Source of the DNA: Clostridiales bacterium
GTDB taxonomy: Bacteria; Bacillota; Clostridia; Oscillospirales; QAMX01
NCBI GenBank assembly: GCA_012800055.1
Contig: JAAZKA010000021.1
Span: 1-48,733 of the forward strand
Direction of reading: 5' to 3'
DNA length: 48,733 nucleotides
Shown: positions 19,056 through 28,166 of the stretch, one piece after another
How the letters are laid out: each line of letters begins with the position of its first letter
How positions within the stretch are numbered: the first letter of the stretch is position 1
The notes under the pieces: model-generated
Seen by the model: the letters and a program-made list of their open reading frames with translations, nothing else
Told to the model about the DNA's origin: nothing
Database searches by the model: none
Program-made: the position numbers and the translations under genes

Positions 19056-20648
19056 TTACAGCTCGTCGAACTCCTCAAGGAGGACCGGTGGGACCCATCC
19101 GGTCGGGACGCGGTTGTCGGTATCGAGCATCAGGCAGGTCTGCAGCGGCAGCCGCAGCTTTTCGGTCATCTCTTCGAACTGATCGAACGCTTCATCGCTG
19201 TTGTACTTGATACGCGTCGGCAGCCAGCCCATCTTCTCATAGTGGAGCGTGTTCCCGAACGCATGGATGACCCGCTGCGGGTTGTTCCCGACAAACGTGT
19301 ACAGCAGCGGACGGGCGACGTAAATCCACGGGCCAACCTGGACGTAGAGATACTGGTCGATGCGCTCGAGACCGCGATCTTTGCGGATGTTGGTGTTCTC
19401 GATGTAGCAGATGCCCAGCGCAGCCTCTTTTTCACGGTTGTAGAGCACGACCCACGGCGTCGTGACCGGCAGACGCTGGCCCATGGTGGGATGGCGGGGA
19501 AGCTCGTCGACGTAGTGCGTCTCAACGGTGCCGTCCATGTTGCGCCAGGCGATTTCATCTGCAAGATCACGGTTGATCACGACCTCGCCGTTTCTGAGCG
19601 CGATGACGTCGCGATCCTTCGTGACCTCCATCGTCGACGCGACGATGACCGGCTGATAGGACGCGTAGAAGGTGTAGGTGACCGAGCAGAGGACGTCCTC
19701 GTACATCGGCATAAAGCCCCAGCGCTTGAACATGACGAAGACGGGGCCTTCGATGAACTCCCAGTTCTCCGGCGGGTCCCAGTCGGAGATATGGTTCCAC
19801 GGGGTGGGCGGCGCGTAGATGTCAGGGTTCCAGTTCATCGAGCCGTTGGTTTCGAGGTGATGCGCGAAGGTCTGGTTGACGCCCTGTTTGACGGTGACCT
19901 CGTCGATCGACCCGGACAGGTCATGGAGGGCGATCTTATAGTAGGCGTTCTCAATGGTACGCTTCAGACCCTCGCCGGTGAGCTTAAGGTCGGTGACGTA
20001 AACGGGCGCCTCGGCAGACGGGTTGCCGTAGAAGACAAGGTAGACGGCCTTCGAGAATCCGCGTACACTCGCAAGGAAGGCGACGTCAAAGTTCATGGTC
20101 GGCTGGCAATGGTCATCCGCGAAACCGTCCCACTTCGAGATGTTGTAGACCTGCGAGGGAATCTCCCGCATGACACCGGTTTCGGGACAGACGGCGACGA
20201 CGCGTACCTCACGTACGGGATCGGCGATCCGGTCGAGATAGACGGCCATGACCTGGTGGACAGGCTCATTGACGCGGTCGAGGCTGTTGGGGTTGTCGAG
20301 CACGACGGCGGCGCAGTATTTCCACTCCGGGAGGAACCAACCGTTCTCGCAGACGGGCGGGCAGGCTGCGGTGAAGTCGGAACCGTCGGAGAGGACGACG
20401 CGGACGGAGGGCGCATCGCCGTTGCGGGCGTCGGTACGGATACGCAGCTCGGCATAGCCGTCCGCGCGGAGGATACCCTTGCGGCATTCTTTACCGTCGT
20501 TGTAGACATGGACGTCGCGCATCCAGGTGCCGTCGACCTCGGCACGGGTGACGGTGAGGTCTTCGGTCAGTCCGGAGACGGCAATGCGGGCGCCGAAGAA
20601 GGGGAAATCGGGGGTGGGGTAGGTGTGGGCGATAAACAGCAGTTCCAT
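19056..20648 (-). CDS. Hypothetical 530-aa leaderless protein, possibly carbohydrate-active (beta-sandwich N-terminal pattern)
   Basis: Balanced amino-acid composition rich in W/Y/F/N/K. It has its own promoter, a GGGAGG ribosome-binding site and a terminator. The segment REIPSQVYNIS...FDVAFLASVRGFSKAVYLVFYG resembles N-terminal sandwich domains of polysaccharide lyase/hydrolase-associated families. I recognised no catalytic family. Confidence 0.6.
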   Translation of the reverse strand: MELLFIAHTYPTPDFPFFGARIAVSGLTEDLTVTRAEVDGTWMRDVHVYNDGKECRKGILRADGYAELRIRTDARNGDAPSVRVVLSDGSDFTAACPPVCENGWFLPEWKYCAAVVLDNPNSLDRVNEPVHQVMAVYLDRIADPVREVRVVAVCPETGVMREIPSQVYNISKWDGFADDHCQPTMNFDVAFLASVRGFSKAVYLVFYGNPSAEAPVYVTDLKLTGEGLKRTIENAYYKIALHDLSGSIDEVTVKQGVNQTFAHHLETNGSMNWNPDIYAPPTPWNHISDWDPPENWEFIEGPVFVMFKRWGFMPMYEDVLCSVTYTFYASYQPVIVASTMEVTKDRDVIALRNGEVVINRDLADEIAWRNMDGTVETHYVDELPRHPTMGQRLPVTTPWVVLYNREKEAALGICYIENTNIRKDRGLERIDQYLYVQVGPWIYVARPLLYTFVGNNPQRVIHAFGNTLHYEKMGWLPTRIKYNSDEAFDQFEEMTEKLRLPLQTCLMLDTDNRVPTGWVPPVLLEEFDEL

Positions 20649-20699
20649 ATGTACCTCCCTGTTGATTGTTATAGGCTGCTATGATGTTGTTATAAGAAC

Positions 20700-20728
20700 A
20701 GTATACACGGAGTTGCCGGGAAAATCAA
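20700..20728 (-). promoter_or_regulatory. Candidate promoter for the 530-aa orphan gene
   Basis: On the minus strand: TTGATT, 17-nt spacer, TATACT. Confidence 0.45.
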
Positions 20729-20848
20729 GCGTTTTGCGAAAATATCACGGTAAAAACGAAACCGGGACGGATAAGAGGCATCACACCCGGGAAATCTGCG
20801 CACAGCAGCCGATAAAAAGCCCGGGCGTGATTTTCTCCCATTTTTCAC

Positions 20849-20877
20849 TTGCATCCGTCCGGCTTTCATGGTATAAT
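20849..20877 (+). promoter_or_regulatory. Candidate promoter for the SAM-methyltransferase gene
   Basis: TTGCAT (20849-20854), 17-nt spacer, TATAAT (20872-20877), with TGg extended -10. Confidence 0.5.
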
Positions 20878-20908
20878 ATAACGATATTCCAACTACCCCC
20901 GAAAGGAA

Positions 20909-21799
20909 ATGTCTATGTGGTCCACCGATGCCTGGCGGGACTTCCGTCTCCTGGACTGCGGCTCCGGGGAAAAGCTCGAGCAGTGGGGCTCCTACGTGCT
21001 TGTGCGGCCCGACCCGCAGGCCATCTGGGACTCCCCGCGCACCTCTCCCCTCTGGAGAACGCCCCACGCCCGCTACATCCGTTCCTCTACCGGCGGAGGA
21101 CACTGGGACAATCTGACCCTTCCACCCGCCGCCGTATCTGCGGGCTGGGATATCCGCTACCGGAACCTGACTTTCCGCGTCAAGCCGATGGCGTTCAAGC
21201 ATACCGGCATCTTCCCCGAACAGGCCGTCAACTGGGATTTCATCACCGAACGTGTCACGCGGCGTCTGGCTATGGGGAAGCCGATGCGCATTCTGAACCT
21301 GTTCGCCTACACCGGCGCGGCGACAGTCGCGGCTTTGAAAGCCGGTGCCGAGGTCTGTCATGTGGACGCCGCGCGCGGGATGGTCTCCTGGGCGAAGGAG
21401 AATGCGCAGGTCTCCGGCGTCGCCGACCGTCCGGTGCGCTGGATCGTCGACGACTGCACGGCGTTTGTCGAGCGGGAGCTGCGGCGCGGGCATTCCTACG
21501 ACGCGATCATCATGGACCCGCCCTCCTACGGACGCGGCCCCACCGGGCAAATATGGAAGATGGAGGATTCCCTGTACCCGTTTGTGAAGCTGTGTGTACG
21601 GGCGCTGTCAGATGACCCGGACTTCGTGCTGCTGTCGGCATACACGGCGGGACTGAACCCGGGTGTCGCGGGCTACATACTTGGCGCGGCGCTTAAGAAA
21701 GAGCGCGGCGGCGAGGTCACATGCGAGGAACTGGGGCTGCGCTGCGAGAGTACCGGGCTGCACCTTCCCTGCGGCTGCTCCGCACGCTGGACGGCATAA
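20909..21799 (+). CDS. Class I SAM-dependent methyltransferase (RlmI/RlmK-like rRNA methyltransferase core)
   Basis: SAM-binding segment LNLFAYTGAATVAALKAGA.VCHVD and the IIMDPPSYGRGP motif. An alternative start lies at 20915. Confidence 0.75.
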   Translation: MSMWSTDAWRDFRLLDCGSGEKLEQWGSYVLVRPDPQAIWDSPRTSPLWRTPHARYIRSSTGGGHWDNLTLPPAAVSAGWDIRYRNLTFRVKPMAFKHTGIFPEQAVNWDFITERVTRRLAMGKPMRILNLFAYTGAATVAALKAGAEVCHVDAARGMVSWAKENAQVSGVADRPVRWIVDDCTAFVERELRRGHSYDAIIMDPPSYGRGPTGQIWKMEDSLYPFVKLCVRALSDDPDFVLLSAYTAGLNPGVAGYILGAALKKERGGEVTCEELGLRCESTGLHLPCGCSARWTA

Positions 21800-21887
21800 C
21801 CCCTATAAGGAACGTCGATGACGGCGTTTCTCAGACATGACCAAAAGACCTCCGTGCGGCAGCGCACGGTGAAGGATTGAGATAGAT

Positions 21888-22733
21888 ATGATCGAGACCA
21901 AAGACCTTCGTTTTCGTTACTCCGACACCCTCCCCTTCGTACTCGAAGGGCTGAACGTGACCATCAAACGCGGCTCTTTCGTCGCGATACTGGGGCACAA
22001 CGGCTCCGGAAAGTCGACGTTTGCCAAGCATCTCAACGCGATTCTGCTGCCGTCGGGCGGAAAGGTGCTCGTCGACGGTATGGATACCGTGGATGAAGAC
22101 AGGCTCTATGATATCCGGCAGCACGTCGGAATGGTGTTCCAGAACCCCGACAATCAGATCGTGGCGACCCTCGTAGAGGAGGATGTTGCGTTCGGACCGG
22201 AGAACCTCGGCGTCCCGCAAAAGGAAATCCGTGTCCGTGTGGATGAGGCGCTGCGTGCCGTCGGCATGTACGACTTCCGCGACCGCGCGACCTACCAGCT
22301 CTCCGGCGGGCAGAAGCAGCGGGTTGCGATCGCCGGCATCATCGCGATGCGTCCGCGCTGCGTCGTGCTCGACGAGCCGACCGCGATGCTTGACCCCGTC
22401 GGCCGCCGGGAGGTCATGCGCGCCATCCACGACATGAACCGCACCCTCGGCATCACCGTCGTACTCATCACCCACCATATGAACGAGGCCGTCGACGCTG
22501 ACCGTGTGCTGGTCATCGACCACGGGAAACTGCTGCTCGACGGAACCCCGCGTGAGGTCTTCTCGCAGGCCGAGACGCTCTACCGCGCCGACCTTGCCGT
22601 TCCGCAGCCCGTCGAACTGATCTACGCCCTCCGCCGCGACGGCGTCGACATCCCCGGGGATGTGCTCACCGTCGACGAGTGCGCCGAGGCGCTGTATCAT
22701 CTGCTCAAGAGTCGAACCAATACACGAGGATAA
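21888..22733 (+). CDS. ecfA1: Energy-coupling factor transporter ATPase
   Basis: Walker A GHNGSGKST, ABC signature LSGGQKQRVAIA, Walker B VVLDEPTAMLD. It is followed by a second ATPase gene and ecfT. Confidence 0.9.
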   Translation: MIETKDLRFRYSDTLPFVLEGLNVTIKRGSFVAILGHNGSGKSTFAKHLNAILLPSGGKVLVDGMDTVDEDRLYDIRQHVGMVFQNPDNQIVATLVEEDVAFGPENLGVPQKEIRVRVDEALRAVGMYDFRDRATYQLSGGQKQRVAIAGIIAMRPRCVVLDEPTAMLDPVGRREVMRAIHDMNRTLGITVVLITHHMNEAVDADRVLVIDHGKLLLDGTPREVFSQAETLYRADLAVPQPVELIYALRRDGVDIPGDVLTVDECAEALYHLLKSRTNTRG

Positions 22734-22734
22734 C

Positions 22735-23604
22735 ATGAACACAATTTTGGAGACGCGCGATCTGCACTTTGTCTACGGCGGCAATTCACCGACCGCGCAG
22801 ACCGCGCTCAACGGCATCAATCTGACAATCCGTGAGGGCGAGTTCCTCGGGCTGATCGGACATACCGGCTCGGGGAAGACCACCTTCGTCCAGCATCTCA
22901 ACGGCCTGCTGACGCCGATCTCCGGCCAGATACTCTACCGCGGTGAGGACATCCACGCAAACGGGTTCAAGCTGCGCGGCCTGCGTTTCAAGGTGGGACT
23001 GGTATTCCAATACCCGGAGCACCAGCTCTTTGAGGAGACCGTCGCGCGCGACATTGCGTTTGGGCCGAGGAACATGGGGCTGTCTGACGCCGAGGTCGCC
23101 GAGAGGGTGCGTCAGGCGGCGGCGTTCGTGGGACTCGGCGACGATGTGATGGATAAGTCGCCGTTTGACCTCTCCGGCGGACAGAAGCGCCGCGCGGCGA
23201 TCGCCGGGGTCATCGCGATGCGCCCGGAGGTGCTCATCCTCGACGAGCCGACCGCCGGACTTGACCCCTACGGCGCGTTCCAGATCCTCTCGCAGATTCG
23301 CGAGTTCCGTGACAAGTCCGGTTCCACCGTTGTGCTCGTCACGCACAATATGGAGACCGTCGCGCGTGCGGCCGACCGACTTGTCGTCTTCTCCCAAGGC
23401 ACCGTCGCGATGGACGGGACACCCGAGCAGATTTTCGGGCAGCCGGAACGTCTCGAGGCGCTGGGATTGGATGTCCCCCAGGTTTCGAAGGTCTTCATGA
23501 AGCTGCGCGAGCTGGGCATCGACGTCGAGACCTCCGTCTATACGGTCAAATACGCCAAGAATCTTGTGGAAACACTGCTGCGGGAAGGTGGACAGGTATG
23601 CTGA
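22735..23604 (+). CDS. ecfA2: Energy-coupling factor transporter ATPase
   Basis: Walker A GHTGSGKTT, ABC signature LSGGQKRRAAIA, Walker B LILDEPTAGLD. The ATG lies 1 nt after the ecfA1 stop. Confidence 0.9.
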   Translation: MNTILETRDLHFVYGGNSPTAQTALNGINLTIREGEFLGLIGHTGSGKTTFVQHLNGLLTPISGQILYRGEDIHANGFKLRGLRFKVGLVFQYPEHQLFEETVARDIAFGPRNMGLSDAEVAERVRQAAAFVGLGDDVMDKSPFDLSGGQKRRAAIAGVIAMRPEVLILDEPTAGLDPYGAFQILSQIREFRDKSGSTVVLVTHNMETVARAADRLVVFSQGTVAMDGTPEQIFGQPERLEALGLDVPQVSKVFMKLRELGIDVETSVYTVKYAKNLVETLLREGGQVC

Positions 23605-24404
23605 AGGACATCTCTCTGGGGCAGTACATCCCCGGTACCAGCGTCATCCACCGGATGGATCCGCGGCTTAAGATCGTGCTCACTCTTGCATATATCGTCG
23701 TACTGTTCATGGCGAAGGGGCCTCTGTCCTATGGGTTGGTGCTGCTGACGCTCGGGCTGATTATCGTGCTGTCACGCATCGGGGTGCGGTTCGTGCTGCG
23801 GTCGGTGCGTCCGCTGCTGTTCATCATCCTCTTTACAGCCGTGTTGAACATGTTCCATGTTGACGGGGATGTGCTGTGGTCGTGGTGGATTCTGAAGATC
23901 ACGCGGCAGGGAATCGAGACGGCGATCTACATGGCACTGCGCATTGCGATGCTGATTTCGGGGACATTCGTCCTTTTGAACTACACGACATCGCCGATCA
24001 TGCTGACCGACGGGATCGAGCAGCTTCTCGGGCCGCTTAAAAGAATCCATGTGCCGGTGCATGAACTGGCGATGATGATGACGATTGCGCTGCGGTTTAT
24101 CCCGACGCTGATCGAGGAGACGGATAAGATCATGTCGGCGCAGAAGGCGAGGGGTGCGGACTTCGAGACGGGGAATGTCATACGAAGGGCAAAGGCGCTG
24201 ATACCGATGTTGGTGCCGCTGTTTGTCAGCGCGTTTCGGCGGGCAGATGAGCTGGCGGTGGCGATGGAGTGCAGGTGTTATCGGGGAAGCGAGGGCAGGA
24301 CGAGGCTAAGAACGCTGAAGCTGCAGGGGCTGGACTATGTGGCGATTGCGATAGCGGCGGTACTCGCGGCGGGGATCATTACACTGGGCGTGGTACTGCC
24401 GTAA
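23598..24404 (+). CDS. ecfT: Energy-coupling factor transporter transmembrane component
   Basis: Polytopic membrane protein with the CbiQ/EcfT-type motif ...MSAQKARGADFE... Its start overlaps the end of ecfA2. Confidence 0.9.
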   Translation: MLKDISLGQYIPGTSVIHRMDPRLKIVLTLAYIVVLFMAKGPLSYGLVLLTLGLIIVLSRIGVRFVLRSVRPLLFIILFTAVLNMFHVDGDVLWSWWILKITRQGIETAIYMALRIAMLISGTFVLLNYTTSPIMLTDGIEQLLGPLKRIHVPVHELAMMMTIALRFIPTLIEETDKIMSAQKARGADFETGNVIRRAKALIPMLVPLFVSAFRRADELAVAMECRCYRGSEGRTRLRTLKLQGLDYVAIAIAAVLAAGIITLGVVLP

Positions 24405-24438
24405 CCCGGCATCCCGTACATTACTTTTTCTCGGGGAA

Positions 24439-24466
24439 GCTTTCTTTTTCCAGTGAAAAAGAAAGC
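24439..24466 (+). terminator. Perfect 12-bp hairpin after ecfT (possible terminator or processing site)
   Basis: GCTTTCTTTTTC-CAGT-GAAAAAGAAAGC. The stem is AT-rich and there is no clear T-run. Confidence 0.35.
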
Positions 24467-24587
24467 GCGCATTCAACCCCCGTCGTACTCTACCCCGCGC
24501 ACAAAGCATCTTGGTGATTACGGAATCTCTTGTTAACGAGAGCTTGGAACGGGGGGTGTACGCTCCCGCTTGAAAGGATTTTCCGCT

Positions 24588-25349
24588 ATGAATATCGCTC
24601 TCTTCCTCTCCTACGTCGGCTCCCGCTACCATGGCTGGCAAACCCAGGCCAACGGCGATACCATCCAGCAAGCCCTTACCTCTGCCGTGCTGAAGACTAC
24701 CGGCTGTCATGTCTCCCTTTCCGGCTGCGGTCGTACCGACGCCGGCGTCCATGCCCGCGTCTACTGCGCAAATGCCCGCTTCTCTACCTCCATCCCCCTG
24801 TCCCGTCTTCCTCTCGCCCTCAACGCACGCCTTCCCGACGATATCGCCGTCCGCGAGGCGCGCATCGTCCCCGATGATTTCGACTCCCGCTTCTCCTGTA
24901 AGCGCAAAGAGTATACCTATACCGTCTACAACTCCCGTATGCGCGACCCATTCCTCCTCGAACGTGCCTGTTTCTTCCCCTATCCCCTCGATTTCTCCCG
25001 TGTCCAGGCTGCTGCGGGGATGTTCGAGGGAACCCATGACTTCAAAGCCGTCCGCCGCGTCGGCAGCCCAACAAAAACCACCGTCCGCACCATCTTCTAC
25101 TGTACCGCCGAAAAGTCGGGAGACCTCATCACCGTCAAAATCTGCGGCGACGGTTTCCTTTATAATATGGTCCGTGCCATTACCGGGACTCTACTCTACG
25201 CCGGGATGAACAAGCTCAACCCCGAGGATATCCCCGCCATCCTTGACTCCGGCGACCGCGCACTCGCCGGGCCTACTCTCCCGGCTGCCGGCCTTGCGAT
25301 GACCGGTCTCTGGTACGACGACTTCACCCTTCCGCTTCGATCGGAGTGA
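24588..25349 (+). CDS. truA: tRNA pseudouridine(38-40) synthase
   Basis: The N-terminus MNIALFLSYVGSRYHGWQTQ and the catalytic GCGRTDAGVHA motif. The ATG at 24588 follows GAAAGGA. Confidence 0.9.
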   Translation: MNIALFLSYVGSRYHGWQTQANGDTIQQALTSAVLKTTGCHVSLSGCGRTDAGVHARVYCANARFSTSIPLSRLPLALNARLPDDIAVREARIVPDDFDSRFSCKRKEYTYTVYNSRMRDPFLLERACFFPYPLDFSRVQAAAGMFEGTHDFKAVRRVGSPTKTTVRTIFYCTAEKSGDLITVKICGDGFLYNMVRAITGTLLYAGMNKLNPEDIPAILDSGDRALAGPTLPAAGLAMTGLWYDDFTLPLRSE

Positions 25350-25356
25350 GTTATTT

Positions 25357-26559
25357 ATGAACGCAACCTCCTACGCCAACCCCGCGTCCGAGAAACCGCC
25401 GGTCAAACGCGACAGACGGCTTGACCTGCTGCGCTTCCTGCAGCAGCTGATGCTGTTCTGCATGGTTGCCACGATTGTGCTCTCGGCCTATATTTTCCGT
25501 GCCGATATCCTCGAAGCCTATGCCGCCTACCGCGCCAGCGTCCAGCTTGTGGAATCCCGCGCCGAATCCCGCATCAACTTCGAGCCTGACTCGTCCAATA
25601 TCTTCGCCCTCTATGGAAATAATCTGGCCGTGCTCAACCGAGGGACGTATAAGCTCTATACGCCCGCCGGCGACGAACAGCTCGCCATTCAGTATATCAG
25701 CGCCAACCCTGCCATGTCCGTCTCGGATACCTATGTCTGTCTCTATAACCGAGGTTCCGCCGAGATCACCGTTACCTCTCTGACCTCCACCGTCGGGAAG
25801 ATCACCGTTTCCGGCGCGATCATCTCCGTCTCGCAGAACGACTCCGGCTGCATCGCCGTCCTCCATGATGACGACCGTTACCGCAGCGTCCTTTCCGTAT
25901 ACGACCCGCAGCTCAACCTCATCTATCAATGGAAGACCTCCGAGTATTATCTGCTGACCGCCGCACTCTCGCCGGACGGAAAGACGCTCGCTGCCGTCGC
26001 GATGACCCAGGACGACGCCGTCTTTATCACCCGCGTCATCACCTTCCTGCTCGAGGAGGAGTCTTACCACGCCGTCTGCGACCTCCCCGGAACCCTCGTC
26101 ACACGCCTGCAGTTCTTCGACAATACCGCGCTGTGCGCCATCGGCAATACCCGCGCCTGTGTCATCACCACCGACGGAAAAATCCGCTATGAGTTCCCTT
26201 ACAGCGGCTGCTCCCTGCGCACCTGTGCGTTTGATACCGCCGCCTGTGTTCTCGCGCTCGTTGACCGCACCTCCGGCCTGTCTTCATACCTCGTCTCCCT
26301 CACCGCCGACCGTGAGCCCGTCACCCTCGACGCGTCCGATGTCCGCTGGATCGACGTCAACGACGGCTACGTCGCCATTCTCTATACCGATACCGCCGAA
26401 ATACGCGATACCGCGTTCAATAAGCTCAGCGCGCCTGTCACCATCTTCAATGTACGGCGTATTTTCGTGACCGACGGCGGACGTGCGCTCGTCGTCTACA
26501 CCTCAGAGGCCGGCGTCGTCGACCTCGTCACACCGTTCATCGGCAGGGAGGTCAGTTGA
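25357..26559 (+). CDS. Hypothetical membrane-anchored protein with a repeat-rich (propeller-like) ectodomain, possibly DUF5711-like
   Basis: One N-terminal transmembrane segment (LMLFCMVATIVLSAYIF) is followed by about 340 aa of beta-rich sequence. The family name is from memory only. Confidence 0.55.
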   Translation: MNATSYANPASEKPPVKRDRRLDLLRFLQQLMLFCMVATIVLSAYIFRADILEAYAAYRASVQLVESRAESRINFEPDSSNIFALYGNNLAVLNRGTYKLYTPAGDEQLAIQYISANPAMSVSDTYVCLYNRGSAEITVTSLTSTVGKITVSGAIISVSQNDSGCIAVLHDDDRYRSVLSVYDPQLNLIYQWKTSEYYLLTAALSPDGKTLAAVAMTQDDAVFITRVITFLLEEESYHAVCDLPGTLVTRLQFFDNTALCAIGNTRACVITTDGKIRYEFPYSGCSLRTCAFDTAACVLALVDRTSGLSSYLVSLTADREPVTLDASDVRWIDVNDGYVAILYTDTAEIRDTAFNKLSAPVTIFNVRRIFVTDGGRALVVYTSEAGVVDLVTPFIGREVS

Positions 26560-26560
26560 T

Positions 26561-27220
26561 ATGGCCATTGCCTGGAATATCATCATCATCTGTGTCTTCG
26601 CGCTGATCGTCTGTGTCTGTATTCGCCAAGGCTTTACACGCATCCTGCTGTCTGCGGTCTCGCTGCTGGTGGCGCTGCTGTTCGCCGTGCTTGTCACTGC
26701 CTTACTGGCCAAACCCATCGCTCGCGCCGCTCAGGATGCCACCGAACGTTTCATTGTCCACCAGGCGCAGCGATACCTCCCCGATGAGAATGCCCTCGAT
26801 ACCATTGTCTCCACCTCCGACAAGGTTGTCACCATTATGCAGGCCGTAATCAATAAGATGAACGGCGGGAAGACGCCCGATGTCCCCGATACACGCACGT
26901 CGCTGCAAAAGGTCGCCTATATTGCCGCGCTCACGGTCTACGGCTTCCTGATGTTCGTCGTCACCTTCTCCCTCGCACTTGCGATCCTGAAGGTGCTTGC
27001 AGAAAGGCTGGAGGCGTCCGAACGGCTGCCGGGACTGGGGAGGCTCGATACCGTCCTCGGTGCGGCGGTGGGGGTCGTGCTTGGCTTCTGCGTCGTGATG
27101 CTGCCCATCGCCGTGATGGTCACGGTGCTGCCGAAGGTCATCGGTTTCCGCGCGTCTTCTGAAGTTTTCCAGGGCGCATTCATGCTCCGGCTGCTATACG
27201 CGCTGTACCCGTTCAAGTAG
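26561..27220 (+). CDS. CvpA-family membrane protein
   Basis: The N-terminus MAIAWNIIIICVFALIVCVCIRQGFTRILLS and a four-transmembrane layout are typical of colicin-V-production (CvpA) proteins. The ATG lies 1 nt after the preceding stop. Confidence 0.6.
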   Translation: MAIAWNIIIICVFALIVCVCIRQGFTRILLSAVSLLVALLFAVLVTALLAKPIARAAQDATERFIVHQAQRYLPDENALDTIVSTSDKVVTIMQAVINKMNGGKTPDVPDTRTSLQKVAYIAALTVYGFLMFVVTFSLALAILKVLAERLEASERLPGLGRLDTVLGAAVGVVLGFCVVMLPIAVMVTVLPKVIGFRASSEVFQGAFMLRLLYALYPFK

Positions 27221-27230
27221 GAGGATCACT

Positions 27231-28130
27231 GTGTACTTCATTATTGCGGCGGCGACGCTGTTCTGTACGCTGCTTGTGAATATTCTGTTCGGTGCCCGTC
27301 TGCAGACCGCCTTCGGGATCTGGGGCATTGCGATGCTCGAGCTGCTCTACGCCCTCATCGCCCTCCTGGGCGGCTGTGCGATGGTCATCGCCGCAAAGAA
27401 GACCCGCCAGCCGGGCGTCGATTGTATCGAAATTTTCTCGTTCCGACCTCCGAGAATCCGTCATCTGTTCGGAGGCGCGCTGCTCATCGGCGCGACCTAC
27501 TTTGCCTCCGCGCTTTACACCAACATCCTCTACGCGTTTTTCCCCACACTCGTTGAATCGACCGCCGAAGCGCTCCGAAAATCCTTCTACGCGCAAAACA
27601 TGCCCACGGTGATCGCGGTCATGGCGCTGCTGCCGGCGGTTTGCGAGGAGCTGGTTTTTCGCGGAATCACCCAGTATGCGCTTGACCGTCATGGCTCCGC
27701 ACGCGCCGCCGTCCTCTTTACCGGACTTATCTTCGGACTGTTCCACCTCGACCCCGTCCGTATCCCCATCGCCGTGATGACCGGCGTCGCGCTGTCCTAT
27801 GCCCTCTGGCGATCACGCTCGATTGCCATTCCGATGCTCATGCACTTTCTCAACAACGCCTCATCCGCCGTGCTGTCCTCCCTTGCAGATACCATCCGGA
27901 TGGACGAACAGACCGCCGAAACGCTCGCGCAGATCCCCGAACGCTGGCTCTACCTCATCTCAGCCGGTGAGACGACGGTCCTTGTCCTGATCTGTCTGAG
28001 CGCCGGGCTGGCACTGCTGGAGCCGGATATCCTCGCATCACTCAAACGTCATAAGATCACGGCGGTTATCCTCGGCGGCACGGTGCTTCTGCTCGGTGTC
28101 GGGTATTACCTGACCGCCGTGCTGCTGTAG
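27231..28130 (+). CDS. CPBP-family intramembrane glutamic endopeptidase (CAAX protease-like)
   Basis: Motifs CEELVFRG, FGLFH and HFLNN. The GTG start lies 6 nt after AGGAGG. Confidence 0.8.
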   Translation: MYFIIAAATLFCTLLVNILFGARLQTAFGIWGIAMLELLYALIALLGGCAMVIAAKKTRQPGVDCIEIFSFRPPRIRHLFGGALLIGATYFASALYTNILYAFFPTLVESTAEALRKSFYAQNMPTVIAVMALLPAVCEELVFRGITQYALDRHGSARAAVLFTGLIFGLFHLDPVRIPIAVMTGVALSYALWRSRSIAIPMLMHFLNNASSAVLSSLADTIRMDEQTAETLAQIPERWLYLISAGETTVLVLICLSAGLALLEPDILASLKRHKITAVILGGTVLLLGVGYYLTAVLL

Positions 28131-28166
28131 TATCCCACATCCTCCGCAGAAAGGGGTGTATCTCCC

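Noticed and set aside
19035-20684. 549-aa + strand ORF, plus the other long antisense ORFs in the track (for example 15977-17632, 38297-39793, 42632-43756, 8315-9478, 9638-10528, 30074-31081, 31551-32510, 28803-29717, 21831-22742, 293-1159, 3887-4765).
   Set aside because: Each lies exactly antisense to a gene with clear family motifs or protein-like composition. Their translations are the R/G/D/V/A/P-rich low-complexity strings typical of shadow frames in GC-rich DNA. They lack ribosome-binding sites, and 15977-17632 even runs across two separate real genes.
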